Source of the DNA: Mytilus californianus
Taxonomy: Eukaryota
NCBI RefSeq assembly: GCF_021869535.1
Contig: NW_026262745.1
Span: 93,930,001 to 93,994,000, forward strand
DNA: 64,000 nt
Reading direction: 5' to 3'
In this document: positions 1 to 13,382 of the stretch, piece after piece
Numbering within the stretch: position 1 is the stretch's first letter
How the letters are laid out: each line of letters opens with the position of its first letter
Notes under the pieces: model-generated
Told to the model about the DNA's origin: nothing
Database searches by the model: none
What the model saw: only the letters and a program-made list of their open reading frames with translations
Translations under genes and position numbers: made by a program

Positions 1-358
1 CAGTTTTCGGAAGGCATATCGATGGTTAATTGCATGTAGATGGCGTCTAAACTGAAATACAAACAAAATACTGATATATATTATCGAGTCCATGCATTGT
101 TAATTGTTTATTTTAAACTTTTTTGTAATTTGTATATACGTTTTAGTATGCTATAAATCAAATATGAGAATTTGAGTCAAATTGGTGAAAACGAATTTGA
201 TAGCTAATGCACTTTCAAGAGCTATAAAATTAAATAAAATATGGACGAGAGGCAAATAAGAAGACATACAATGAATCAGCTTTCATGGCATTCTCGAAAT
301 CTTCCATCCTCATTTAAAAAAAATTGTGATAAAACAATGCGAGGCATGCATAGATATA

Positions 359-2024
359 CTGACGTTGCGCACGATGTTGGTACTACTTAAGCGTTTCACG
401 ACGTTCCTCAAAATAAGGCGATTTCGACGATTTCAAAGAAAGTTTCAGGCGTTCAAGCATATTATTGATGATGTCAATTTACTGTTGTGAATTTGGTAAC
501 CGATTTCGGTTTGTCTGAAAAAATGCATAAATTTACAAATAAAACTCAAAGTGGTCGTATAGATATTTTTTTAATGAAATTCATTTACAGGAGTTGTCAG
601 TCTTTCCAGGCCATAATTGATAATTTTCCTTTCGGCAGCAGTTCGCATTAATGAATCCGATACAATAATGTCCAAATTTACACAGATTTATTTTTAATAT
701 AAATTAGATTTTGAATTCATATTCTCCTATTTTTTGCATATTTATTCCTTTTATTGCATTTCTTCCCGTTTTCGTTTCCTTTCTATATTTTATCATTTCC
801 CGATGCTTTCTTTGTCGCAAAATATTTAGGAAGTTAAACATTCGGGACTCATGTTTTAAATTTTCTCATTCCCGTATTTTTGTGGCATATCCTTTGTTTG
901 TTATAATTGCCAGCAATGGGTTTTCTCTATTTTATTTTATTAACAAAAAAAATATACATGTTACTTTTGACGATTTAAAACTTGCAGATAGACAATGTTC
1001 CTTATATAAAACAAATATGCTATAAAAAAAACCCCGAAGATCCCGATATTTTTTTTATATCGATCTCATTTGGTCAACATTTGAATTTAAACTTAAACTA
1101 TTCCTTTCTCATACATTGGTTGTATTGTAATTTATACGTGTATTTTTATTTTCATTCGAATTAAACTGGAAACAAATAATTACGATATAAAATTAAAAAC
1201 CAGAGCATGACATCAATTACGTTTTGCGAACGTTGGGACAAAACGGCTATACTTTTTGAAACGATCTAAAAACCTTGTTGCCTAACGTAAAAATATTAAA
1301 CACTATATTGTTTAAGAAGAAAAACAGAAAAACCTTTACCGCCAAGTTTTATTTTTTATGATCTAACTATGCTTATTTGATAGACAGCTGGTTAAAACCT
1401 CAATTTTAAAGAAAATACAGCGTTTTTTTCGTTGGGACAAGATAGCTATACTTTTTGAAGTCATTGCAATAGAAACTATACGCATGGTTTCCGGCAAAAA
1501 AATATCATGAACCAGGAGAAAAGTAAAAAAAACTTTCAAATATAATAAATATTTTTTCTCTCAGCTTTTTCAATTTCACGGTATAAATGCGCAAACCCGA
1601 AATATACTTACTTTGCATACGGTTGGACATTTTTCAGACCGTTTACAAAAATAACATTTTCCGGATTACGGTTTCAGTGATAATGATTTTGCTTTAACAC
1701 GCGAATAATTATAACAATAGCAATATTATTGTGAAGTTTTACAATGGTCAGAGAAAAAATACCGTAGGAGAGAAACGGAACTTTGATCTTTTGCACACAA
1801 AATGAAACGTTGGACATTACGTTTTTGCGTAAAAATGGGATAATTAAGTGTTATAATTCCTGGTATTTTGAATTTCGGTTCCTTTTTTACTTTAATTTCA
1901 AGTCTAATGGAATGAATTCAATCAGAAATCACTATATTTTTATCGAACTGACCAGTCTACGTATTTATTTTTATGCTAATCTATAGCAAAATGGAATTGG
2001 TACCAACATCGTGCGCAACGTCAG
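359..2024. mobile_element. Non-autonomous TIR DNA element, TA-flanked (Tc1/mariner-like)
   Basis: Perfect 28-bp inverted repeat at 356-383 and 2000-2027 (ATACTGACGTTGCGCACGATGTTGGTAC). TA at 357-358 and 2025-2026. No transposase ORF inside. Confidence 0.75.
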
Positions 2025-2381
2025 TATCGCACTATACTATCAGGAGCCAACTTTAAGGAGAAGTGTGCAAGCTCTGTAACAAGTTTGAAGATCCCAATGT
2101 CCCCAATGAAGGCGAAATTTGTTGTTCCTTAATTCTCACTATTTCAGTCAAAGTGCCAATTCTTACATATTAGTTTTGAAAAATTCGGCGATTTTTTCTT
2201 GAATGTAGGTTAAACATTTTGGCTTCTTATGATAGAAATTTTCAATTTTCAGATCGTTACTACTAATATGGAGGTTTTTTTCCAAGTTTGCCGAGAAAAT
2301 CCGAAGTTAATCGACATTTACTTTTGTAATCACGTGATCACTTATACACAATGGATGCTTACAGAAGATAGTATCTTTTAC

Positions 2382-2571
2382 CTGTTTAACTTGTTCCATT
2401 TGTTCACGTAAACTGCTGTACTCATCTCTATAATCATTGACAGGACTTCTTTTCCCTGACCCCTCTTTCTTTAATTTCTTTTCAAGTTTCTTTGCACATG
2501 CCTTCAGCGAATTGATTCTCGATTGAGCTTCTGCCCCTGTCACAACAACTCGAACTTCAGTGGAAACACTA
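2382..2571 (-). pseudogene. Possible exon of a Myb/SANT(trihelix)-like protein, probably from a DNA transposon
   Basis: Segment bounded by a TTTTCAG acceptor and a CAG|GTAAAA donor. It translates VTGAEAQSRINSLKACAKKLEKKLKKEGSG, resembling the recognition helix plus GSG tail of trihelix domains. Confidence 0.35.
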
Positions 2572-3727
2572 CTGAAAAGCAGCAAATATTTGGTATAAGC
2601 AGCAAGTACTCGGTATAAGCAGAAACTATTTTGTATTATAACGAAATATGATATGCAACACCACTTTGATTGGATGATGTCTGGTCTGTCATCAATTCCA
2701 TGGGGTATGCGCATAATTTTTTGCATGGCGATAGCGTATGTTTTGCAAAACGGAACATAATCACGGAACAGGTTTGGTGATAATTTATGCAATTGTCGAA
2801 CATTCATTGAAAGGTTCGACTGGAAAATAAAAAACAACGTTAGCTAAAAACTGCTTTCCTGGATCGAGTATGGCCGTTATTCACTGACATAAATGTTGAG
2901 CTTCGATAGCAAGCAATCTATATAGGAACTTTACATTAGTCTCTTGTTCGAACGCATTTGTTTAACATGCATTATAGGCTTATAAAATCTTGCTACTATA
3001 AAAAATCAGAAGTCAGAAATAAAAGAACAGCGTTCCAATGTCCCTCGTGGTTGCACAAATGTATAGTCAAAAAAAATTTGTCTTTTTTCATTTTGAACTT
3101 TTTCATAAATATCATACATTTCATATAATTTCCAAGTGGCAAAATTCATGTAAATATAATTGTTCGGCACTCTTCCAAAAAAAAAAATTATTGGCATAAA
3201 ATTTTGATATAAATTTCATAAAACTTGGAAAAGACATGTAGGTGTGAGATTGCTTACATACATTTCCATTTTCAATTTTATAAATAACATTTCAAAGGGA
3301 CATAACTCTTATGAAAATAATTGATCAGCAATGCCGGACTTTCGAACTTTTTTGAGACGATGCCAATATAAATATAGGATATAAGAAACTGTGCTAAAAG
3401 TGTGTAATAACAGAATAAAATCGGTTATTGACAAATAGACTATTTATCATAAAAAGAAATCACGAAGTTTTACTGTATAAAAGTGATAGCCCCAGGGGCC
3501 TCGTGGTAGATTACTTGCTTCGATTTCAAAAGGTTGTGGCCCTGGGTCAACTCAGACATCATCATGGAAAAGTGGCTCTGTACTTATTTCTATTTCACCG
3601 ACTAGCGTCCAGTAAACCGTTGGGGACACATAACCATTTTTATTACAAAGCTTATACTATTTGTAATGCGCTGTTTGTATATTTAATGAAATGTAAAAAC
3701 ATAATACATATGAATAAAAGGGTGTGT

Positions 3728-3950
3728 AAGAGGGTCTGGACGGGAAATACATAACAGAGGATAATGGGAAAAAATTGCAGAATAAAGGCCGTATTAAATA
3801 AAGAATAGAGAATAGGGAAAAAATAAAGAATAGAGGACAATGGGGAGTTAAAATGTAAGGAATATAGAATAATGGGCGAAATAAATGAAGAATAGAGAAA
3901 AAAAGGTTAAAGAATAAAGAAATTGAAGCTCCGATATCCAGGCCTTCGTG
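3728..3950. mobile_element. MITE family with GAGGGTCTGGA...TCCAGACCMTC-like ends and AATAGAGAA-rich interior; related copies at about 13545-13710, 32113-32297 and 44200-44383
   Basis: Imperfect terminal inverted repeats and a shared internal repeat in four copies. Confidence 0.55.
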
Positions 3951-4469
3951 TTATAACGTCAATAAGACAAAAATAACCAAAATATATATCTACAGGATCA
4001 CACTCCGACGTCAACAAAAGACAGGGCCTGTATGCATAAAGCTACAAGTTTAAGTTAAGATATCCAATCGTAATACTAATTCATTGTAGGACATGAAGAA
4101 AAATCCGTCCGTTCGGAACAAATCTTAAGGTGTTTATGCACTATGTCAAGCTCAAAATCTTCTGGAGTCTTTAAAATTTATATCATCACCGAGTTATCTT
4201 AATAAGTTGATATTCAGTTTGAGTAATGTATTAATAATAATAATTGCTGTAATTTATCATTTATATCAGACTTTTAGTTTTAGATTTTTCAGAGTCAATA
4301 TTTTTTTTATTGTCATGATTGTAGACTGGTTTTAAAACGAACAAATTATATTGCTGCACATGCAAAAAATGCTAAGTTGAAGGTGATATATCGGTGTTTT
4401 AACCAATTTTTATTGATATCAAAAGGTTTTAGTTTAAAAAAAGATTATATATAATCTTAAAATTTGATA

Positions 4470-5960
4470 AAAAAAATTGAGAATGGAAATAGGGAGTATG
4501 TCAAAGAGACAACAACCCGACCAATGAGCAGACAACAGCCGAAGGCCACCAATGGGTCTTCAATGCAGCGAGAAAATCCCGCACCCGGAGGTGGTCCTCA
4601 GCTGGCCCTAAATAAAATTGTGTGCTAGTTCAGTGAAAATGGACGTCACACTAAAATCCAAAACATATAAATGAACTAAAATTAAAAAACATACAAGACT
4701 AACAAAGGACAGAGGCTCCTGACTTGGGACAGGCGCAAAGATCCGGCGGGGTTAAACATGTTTTGTGAGATCTCAACCCTCCCCCTATACCTCTAGTCAA
4801 TGAAGAAAAACGAAACACATAGCAATACGCACAGTAAAACTCAGTTTAAAAGAAGTCCGAGTCCGATGTCAGAATAGGTAACAAAAGAAACTAAGCAAAA
4901 TGACAATGATACATAAATGAACAAAGGACTACTAGCAGTTACTGACATGCCAGTTCCAAACCTCAATTAAACTGATTGAAAGATTATGTCTTCATCATAT
5001 GAAAATCAAGTACAATCCCTCCCATTAGGGGTTTAGTATCATACCATCATACAATATATGAGAAGAACATAACCCGTATAATGCCAACAACTGGTTTTAG
5101 AATAAATGTGTTTATTTCCGATGCAAAGACCCTATGAGTGAATCAATATATACCAAAATATGCAATCCTTAATGACTTGACAACAGTATCGTAACTATAT
5201 TCTTTCCGAATAAGTCTGTTTAAAGGTTTGGTTAGCTTTTGAGGTGAATGCCGACATTTTTGTGCTTTGTAAAGAATATTAACATAAAATATTGGATGTG
5301 AAATACCTGAACGTATAAGATGTCTGCATGTTGATTTATATTTACGAATGATATCCTTGCACCGATGATAAAATTTAGTAAATGTTTTGACTAGTTTGTG
5401 ATATCGAAAACCCTGGTGTAATAATTTTTCAGTAATACAGAGATTTCTTTCGTTGAAATCAAATACGTTGTTACATACACGAGCGAATCGAACAAGTTGA
5501 GATATATAAACACCATAAGATGGCGACAAGGGAACGTCACCATCTAAAAATGGATAATTAACAATTATTATAGGAAATGAAAAATCATCTCTTTTATCAT
5601 AAATTTTGGTATTAAGTTTCCAGTGTTCATTGTTAGTAATAGCTTTATTTAAAGTCAGTTCGGCAGGATAAATATCTTTAGTATACATACTGAAGTCGTC
5701 ATTTTTGAGAGCCAATATATCATCTAAATATCTAAAAGTGTTATTAAATTTTTGAATCAGATGTTGTTTCGATGGGTCTTTACAGATTTTAGTCATAAAT
5801 TGTAACTCATAACAATACAGAAACAGGTCCGCAATAAGTGGCGCACAGTTAGTCCCCATGGGAATTCCGATAACCTGACGATATACGGAATCTCCATAGC
5901 GAACAAAAATGTTATCTAGTAAAAATTCAAGGGCAGTTATAGTATCTTACAGATTACACA
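4470..5960 (-). mobile_element. 5'-truncated Penelope-like retroelement: defective RT C-terminal half (ORF 5143-5859) plus about 670-nt 3' region
   Basis: Motifs GIPMGTNCAPLIADLFL, FRYLDD, IYDKRDDFSFPI and SYGVYISQLVRFAR are typical of PLE reverse transcriptase. The expected FLD motif before KLNTKIYDK is missing, indicating an internal deletion. Confidence 0.85.
4711..4794 (-). ncRNA. Twister-ribozyme-like motif, P5-type permutation, in the PLE 3' region
   Basis: Minus strand reads AGAGGT-ATA-GGGG-GAGGG-[TTGAGATCTCACAAAACATGTT]-TAA-CCCC-GC-CGGATCTTTGCG-CCTG-TCCCAAGT-CAGG-A-GCCTCT. This matches the twister core (UAA, P2, T2, P3, P4, L4 UCCCAAGY, GAGGG). P1 is non-canonical. Confidence 0.75.
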
Positions 5961-7714
5961 CTTTACGCACATACATGTATATAAATTTGTGCTTTCCGCT
6001 AGCTCTTCATTTTCAATAAAAATGTAGGTCCCTTCTAAGGTAAATAGCTAGTACAAATGATCTCTCTAATATTGCAGGAACAATTACGGAATTGACAAAA
6101 AACCTACAGGGTAGAACAACAATTAAAGAAAACTTATGAATGAAACTCGTATAAAGTTCAAATTGATAATAACATTAATTTGAAATAATGACACATTATA
6201 ATTTCAATAATTGAATATCAAACATGTCAAATACAGATCTTTTTATGTCTTATAATCCCTTTCGTCTGGTATTGAGAACACAGTTATCGTCCTTTGGATT
6301 TCTTTATCTATATAGGCCACATTCCCAGTTTATTTATTCATTATTGATGCATTAAATAAGAAAATTGGGTATATATGTGAAGGGCATTTGACCCATTAAT
6401 GTTGTGGCATCAATGATTTTCTGTCCTCTCAGTCATGGTATATTGGATTTAAAACCTTTGAATAGCGGTTTACATGTATGTCAATTTAAAGGGAAAGACT
6501 TATGATAAAAAGTCAATGATATTTGGTATGCAGTTGTATGAGCATTAGGATATCTCATTTCTACGGAGATTAGTTGGTCCTGTACTCTCATACAGTCATG
6601 GTATATTGAATTTGAAGCTTTTGGATAGCGGATACATACATCTCTGTGTCATAAGTTTATTATTGAAAGGTCCATATATGATCCTTTTCATTTTTGTATA
6701 ATTTAATGCTTTTTCAGTAATTAACAACAATGCTACAGGTTCACAAAACCGAAAGTAAACAAAATGCATTTGTCAATAATTTCAACTACTATAAGTGCAT
6801 ATACAAACCCTGCGGTCTCTGGTCTGTAATTATTATCATCTTTATGCTTATTTTTCTTTCTTCTTCTGAAAGAATTCCAGAACTTCTCCATTATAAATAA
6901 GGAAGTAAATTAGACGATGTCGTACACTTTAAGAAAATCAATGTTTCGTCTGAAAGGGTTATTTTTAAATTTATTATCAGGTGAACGTAGCTGATTGTAA
7001 TAACGATTATCAATGGCCAACGAATGTTTGCTTTTGTGTTGTATACAAAAGAGAATGTCACAAATTTAAAGTATATTTCAGTATATTAAAATTCTAATTT
7101 AATACTTAAAATGTGTTTTTTTTCTTGAAAGAATTCAATTGCAGGTGTGTACAGAAAAAGGGGGTCAAGGTAGTATATGAATAAAAAATTAACACAATGC
7201 ATGGATTGAATGGACGGATATTCACGGAAATAGTAGCAAAGAGTTAAGTCGGAAATCATGCATTTGTGATTTTTATGTTCGTCTTTTTTTAATCGTTCTT
7301 CGTGATTTGGTCCGTGGTTGAGAGTTGTATTATTGGTAATCATACCACGTCTTCTTATTTTTGTATTGACGTGGCTCTCTATACATTTATTCATCACAAA
7401 ATTTTTTATCATTTTCATGCATAGACTTTTGACATATTATACTCTAAACGTTGCCTAGTTCCCCCCCCCCCCCCCCCCCCCCCTTTTCAAAATTCTGGAT
7501 TCTCATCTTCTTGACATTTATTCCAGGTGATAAAAATACACCATATCGATTGTAGTAAGAAAATGTAATATTACTTATAGCAATCACTTTGAATCCTCGT
7601 CAACTTATTCCTTTATTAAAGTTTGAATTGATTGTGGGTTGGGTACCTCTGTTGAAAATACTGAAACCGGGAAAGCGAATAGCTATTATAAATGGTATCC
7701 TTGATGACTTTTTA

Positions 7715-9142
7715 GGGGACGACCATTTGATATTCTGGGGGGGGGGGGGGGGGGGGCAGGAGGATTTTGAAAATAAATAACTCAGCCTTGATAATAACAA
7801 AAATGAATGGTTTGTTCTGTGGTAGTTTGAACATAAATAACCTGACCTACAATGTATTGAAAATAAATAACTCGGCAGGTCTTTTAAGCCATTTTATAAA
7901 TGCTATTCAAAAGTATGAAATGGCACCAGATTCCTACAAAATTCGTCTTTTTTCATATTTTTTTCGGAAAATTCTTTCCAAATCTTTTATAATGCAATGT
8001 ATAAATATTAATGTACTTGAAATATCTGAAAATGGGTTTCATTTAAGTAGAGGTATATTAACTCAGGAACATTTACCTCACTTTCATAAGTCATAGGGCT
8101 GTAACTAAATTGAGGCAAATGCCTCAGGTAGGAAATTTCAAAAACAAAAGCTTGTCTTCATATCAAATTGTTTTTACTTCGAATGCCTTGCAAGAAGCAA
8201 GTTCTGTTCACCCTCTGGCATACAGCCCCTGTTTTTCGTGATCCATGTTTCACATTTAATTTTAGTTTTCAGTGTTATTTGTCTATAATGTTTGCCGTTT
8301 TGTGTTTTATCGGTTCCAGGGTTTGTCTGTTGTTCATTGATTGCCCTTCTTTATTCTCTTAGTGTTGCATTCCATTTGTAATTTAGTAATTTTTTTAAAC
8401 TTGAGTTTAATTTTATTTAAGGACTTTTTATCTAATTTTACAAACTACATGAATTTCAAATTGTATCTCAGTTAGGAAAAAGATCAAGTTGTAATTGAAA
8501 TGTGTTATAAAAACTTACCTGACATAGTTATATCAATGATAATCAACCCCTCTTAACTTAATTTGAGAACAAAAACACATAATTGACAGGTATATAAAAA
8601 AGATTTTATGCAAGCCAAAACATTAAAAAAAAAAACAAAAAAAAGCAGCCACATACTTAAGTTTCTGAATTACACTTGTTGCTTTATCCTACATATTGGT
8701 CTTTTGATGTTGTCCCTAAAAACAAAAAATCTTACACTGAATCTATATATTTTGCTTTGAGACCAACATATTGTCTTCTTGTGGCCTTCAGCGGCTCCCA
8801 AAACCTTCGCCAATTTTTTTGGCCTCGCTCCGCTCGGCAAATATGTTTGGCATTACTTTAAAAAGAGGCTTAGTTACAGCCCCACTTTAAATGGTACATA
8901 ATGATTTGACTATACACTTATTATCTATTTAGGAATAAAACAAAAATTTAAAATTGTGTGTTTTCAAATATTATAAATATAATTGTGAAAATAAATAATC
9001 AGTCCCTTGTTTTAATGAAAATGAAAAACCATGCTTCATCAGTGTAGAAAATAGATAATCTCTTCTTCTAGTTCACAAAAATAAATAACTGATCCAAAAC
9101 AAATCCTCCTGGCCCCCACCAGAATATCAAATGGTCGTCCCC
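7715..9142. mobile_element. Non-autonomous PIF/Harbinger-like TIR element
   Basis: TIR GGGGACGACCATTTGATATTCTGG at both ends. Direct TTA repeat at 7712-7714 and 9143-9145. Confidence 0.8.
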
Positions 9143-9344
9143 TTAGTGTTCGGAGGTCTTTATTAAAAAGAGATTATACAGTTCCATCTTGTCTATACAT
9201 TCTCCAATGATACTACACTGACTAATAAATAATGTGTACAATACAGATCTATTCTTGACTGAAGGTTTTATTTTTTTAAAGGTTAAGATGTTGCTTTGGA
9301 ATAAAGTTTTTTCTACATTTAATGCATAATTTTGCATCCTTTAA

Positions 9345-10866
9345 GGGTCATTATCAAAAAAACATGCAAATATATGTTATTTGGTCTTTTTAAGTCACAG
9401 ACATGAAAATATATCAAAATAACACTTGTACAATGTATATGTTAGATATGAATGTTTTGTGATACACTATATACAGTTTACAGTATGAAATGTTATAAAA
9501 ACATCCTTGTTAATGTTTTCTGAAACCCTTGGATATAGCCAGAATGAACTGTTATGTCTGGCTATAATACCTTTCAGACCTTTTATTCAAATCATTTGTT
9601 AATAGGATTTATCACTATTTATTTCATTTTGATACATACAAACCTTTTTTAATGATTTGGGAGGTGTATGTTGGTTTTATTATAAAAATTAGTGAAAAAA
9701 TCTTAAAAGTAAGTAAAAGCTATATCGTAAATGAAAATAGTGTCCATGGTGTACCCATATAAAAATCATTTTCCGAAAGATTTCCTAAATTTTGATTAAG
9801 AAAAGATATTGATTGTAGAATCATGCACCAGGGACAACATATAAAATAGGGGAATGGAGTACTTGTTTTGCAACTTAATCTAAAAATACACCTGTAAATC
9901 ATTGGTGTTACTGTCAATGGTGAGACCACTTTAATAAAGTTACACCACTGAATATATCATGACGATCAGCATTTTTTTGTGTTTCTTTCATGTTTAACAA
10001 GCGTAACATCATATTGTTTATGAAATATAATTCTTATTTAACAATGTTTTAGCAATATAATGTATTACCTATACAAAGATTTCACAAACTGGTGTATGCT
10101 GGTAACACCAATGACATAACTTAGTGACACTATTGACATTTTTAGTTAGTGATATGTTATGTTATATAATTTGGGATTTTTTAGCTTAAGAATTATTTTT
10201 TTTCTTTTTCTTTTGCTTAGTGTTCTTTTTTTGTGTTCAGTAGTACTTAATAAAAATAAAATTTGAAATGTGTTGTCAATGGTGATACTTTTGTGTCATT
10301 GTAGTTACTGAAGGGTCAGTGGTGTTACTATATAAAAATGCATTAAATTTCATTTTTATATTAACAAACGAAAGTGTTTTTAGGCCGTATACGAAGGATT
10401 AGGCATTATCTAATCATTCAGTCTTACACATTTTACATATATTCAGTTTAAGTGTATTTTCTAATGTTAACAACGACCATAATTAGGACAGCCATGTTTT
10501 TTACAACAATTTATTCTGACATTTATGTTTAAATAGAATGCAAACCTATAAAAATAATGTCAATAAGTAGTAATTTAAATCTTAACAACGAATTGGATCA
10601 GTTGTTTGGTATTTAACAATATTGTTAATAACTAAATGCATGTTTTTATATTAGTAACACCATTGACATGATTCTATCAAAATTGAAGATGACCTAAAAT
10701 TGTTCAAATTGAAGGAACACTGCATTTTTTTCCCATTGCATATTTCTGAATATAGTTGCTACCATATTATAAAATAGGAGGACATATTTAAATTTTTAAA
10801 ACAATGGCATCATTTTTCCAAATTTTCCCTCATCGAAATATGCATGTTTTTTTTTTATAATGACCC
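9345..10866. mobile_element. Non-autonomous TIR element (Kolobok- or Harbinger-like)
   Basis: Ends GGGTCATTAT(C/A)AAAAAAACATGCA in inverted orientation, flanked by TTAA and TTAT. Confidence 0.65.
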
Positions 10867-13265
10867 TTATATCGGAGCTTATTGGACCACCTCCATACCT
10901 ACCTAATACAATCTCTATGGGCTGGACAAAAGCGACACTGCATGTTCGAGTTGGTTAAAACATTTTGCGTACACTTTAGTTTGGGAAAGCTATGCATTTG
11001 ACAAAGTAATAAGAGTAGGCAATATGTGTTTTTTTTTTAGAATAAACGCGAAATAGCAACAAATCCGTTACACATAGACTAAACTAAGTGTTTGTATATA
11101 AATTTTTCAAACAGTTTTTATTTTTTGTTTTTAACAGCAGATCTGAAAAGTCTGAAACTATAATTGTTAAGTTTAAGTTTAAGTACTGGTCATATGTTTT
11201 GCTTGAAGTAAATCTAGAACTGTCAAGTAGCTTTTCAGATAATTTAATATGTTGTTATTTCTTTCAAAAAAAAAGTAACTGGAAATAGCATCCTCTCTGA
11301 GGGTATAACCAGCCCACAAGTCAGTACTTCAGTGTTGCATGAACTATCATTGATATAGTCATAATCTTAAATCAACCGGATCCATAAATTTTCATAAAAG
11401 GGGGATGGGCACAGACTACCATAAGAGGGGGTCCGCTTCAGTGATTCCCTAAGTAATCAACCAAATATTTTCAACAAAAAAGGGGGGGCTTTGACCGTTT
11501 ACAAAACTTTTTTTCTCTAAATTCTAAGGATTTTCTACCACAGGAATAGATTATCTTGGCCGTTGTTTGACCTATATTGGTTTACTTTTACAAAGTGTGA
11601 CTTTGATGGAGAGTTGTCTCATTGGCACTCATACCACATATTCTTGTATGATCTTATATCTGTCTAAGTCGTATTTGGCAAAACCTCAGTTTTGGAATTT
11701 TTAGGTCAACAATGTTCTTCAACTTAATTCGTACTGTATGTGGCCTTTTTAACTTTTTGATTCGAGCGTCACTTTGTAGACGAAACACGCGTCTGGCGTA
11801 CACAATTTTAATCCTGGTATCTTCTATGATGTTTTTATTTATTGACTGCAAGCAATAAGTCAGAAAATTAACTGAAAGACTAACATAACAATTGCTTTAT
11901 TTTCATGACCGTTTCATGTGTTAGTCCAGTAATCATTTACACTGTTTAAATTTTCCCTCTCGAACAAACTTATGTACTCCAGTTGTCTCGAACCTGTTAC
12001 AAGAACGATAACTCGTGTTGTTAAGCAATGTCAAAAATTAGCACTCAATATTTCTCTATTTTCATTGAGACACAACATACTGTAGTTACGCATTAGTTAA
12101 ACAAAAGGAACATCGCATTGGAATTGGGAGACTTAGATGCATATAGAAGCTTAAAGGTTTGCACGTATTTAACTTTAATATGATTTTAGATTATGTTGCA
12201 TTGAATGAGGAAGTAGAATATACATACAACATGTACATTAATGTACGAACTCGTCTTGTGTTTATATTTATCTATTTTCATTATTTAGATTTGCAGCGTT
12301 TAAATCCTTTTACTAAGTAAATAAGTTTGAATTGAACAATTTAATTAAAGACTGTATCTTTAATGAATAAAACGAACAAAATATAACACAAACTGACGAA
12401 TTTACTATTTAGTTTACAAAAAATTGAACATTCTTCCAAGAATTGATCGGTGTTAATGAGTGAAATAGGTCATGATTTGAAAGTTCTAAAAAAAAATACC
12501 CACAAGATTCCAGAGGAACAACAATTTAATTTTCTGTGGAGGGGTGACAATATAAACTTATTGATCATGTGATTAAAAAAAATATTTAAGGATATCATTT
12601 TAACATCTACATATTTTGTAGGTATTGAAGATCTTTGAATACATGACTTAAATGTGTACTATTTATTAGTAATAATAACATTGATTCTGTTTTGATTACA
12701 TCGAATACTTCAGGTTGATGGAACGCCCTCCTTACGCTGAAGAGGCTTTACAACAACAATTATTATATCATGAACATAAAACGAACTTGCGGTATAGGCT
12801 TTGTTCATTGTTGTAGGCCGTACGATGACCTATAGTTGTTAATTTCTGTGTCATTTTGTTTCTTGTGGAGAATTGTCTCCTTGGCAATCATACCACATCT
12901 TCTTATTTTTATATTGACCTGTTGCACGTTAAAAAAAAATGTCCAAATCAAAATGCCGTTTTGATATAGAGGTTGTTTTTATCCCATTCGATCTTTTGCT
13001 ACTTTTATGAACCTACCTATTGCACGTATTGGATAAATGTTAATATAAGACGAAGAAGATGTAGTAGAATTGCCAAGAATAAATATGTTCTTGGCCGGCC
13101 TGAATATTCTCGAAATGTTTTCCACTGGACTTTGAACAAACAACATTAAATATTTGCCACTGGACGTCAAACAAATAACAATACACCAAATTAATAAATC
13201 CTGCATGCATATAAGGCAAATTTATTTACTTTCAAGCTCAATGTGTACTAGGTCATGTAGGTATT

Positions 13266-13382
13266 CAGATGCGGATCCAAGATGTTGAAGTGGGCCTGTG
13301 GGCCTAGGTAAAAAGTCTGGATAAATCATAAATGACGCTCCATAAAGGGGAGGGGCTACCGAACCCTCTTAATCCGCGTCTG
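13266..13382. mobile_element. Short MITE with CAG...CTG ends and 5-bp TSD
   Basis: Ends CAGATGCGGATCC and AATCCGCGTCTG. Exact GTATT duplication at 13261-13265 and 13383-13387. Confidence 0.75.

Noticed and set aside
711-1986. Short hydrophobic ORFs of 60-110 aa here and throughout the ORF track
   Set aside because: Expected by chance in AT-rich repeats; many start at TTG/GTG and lie inside MITEs or SINEs.
4540-4608. HDV-like ribozyme in the PLE 3' end (GGGCCA/TGGCCT stem)
   Set aside because: A P1-like helix exists, but P3/L3, P1.1 and the catalytic C strand cannot be assigned.
4470-5143. SECIS element expected for some Naiad PLEs
   Set aside because: No convincing AUGA...AA...GA kink-turn hairpin found by eye; needs SECISearch.
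6866-6890. Heat-shock element-like GAA/TTC cluster
   Set aside because: Spacing does not fit nGAAnnTTCnnGAAn, and it is far from any mapped start.
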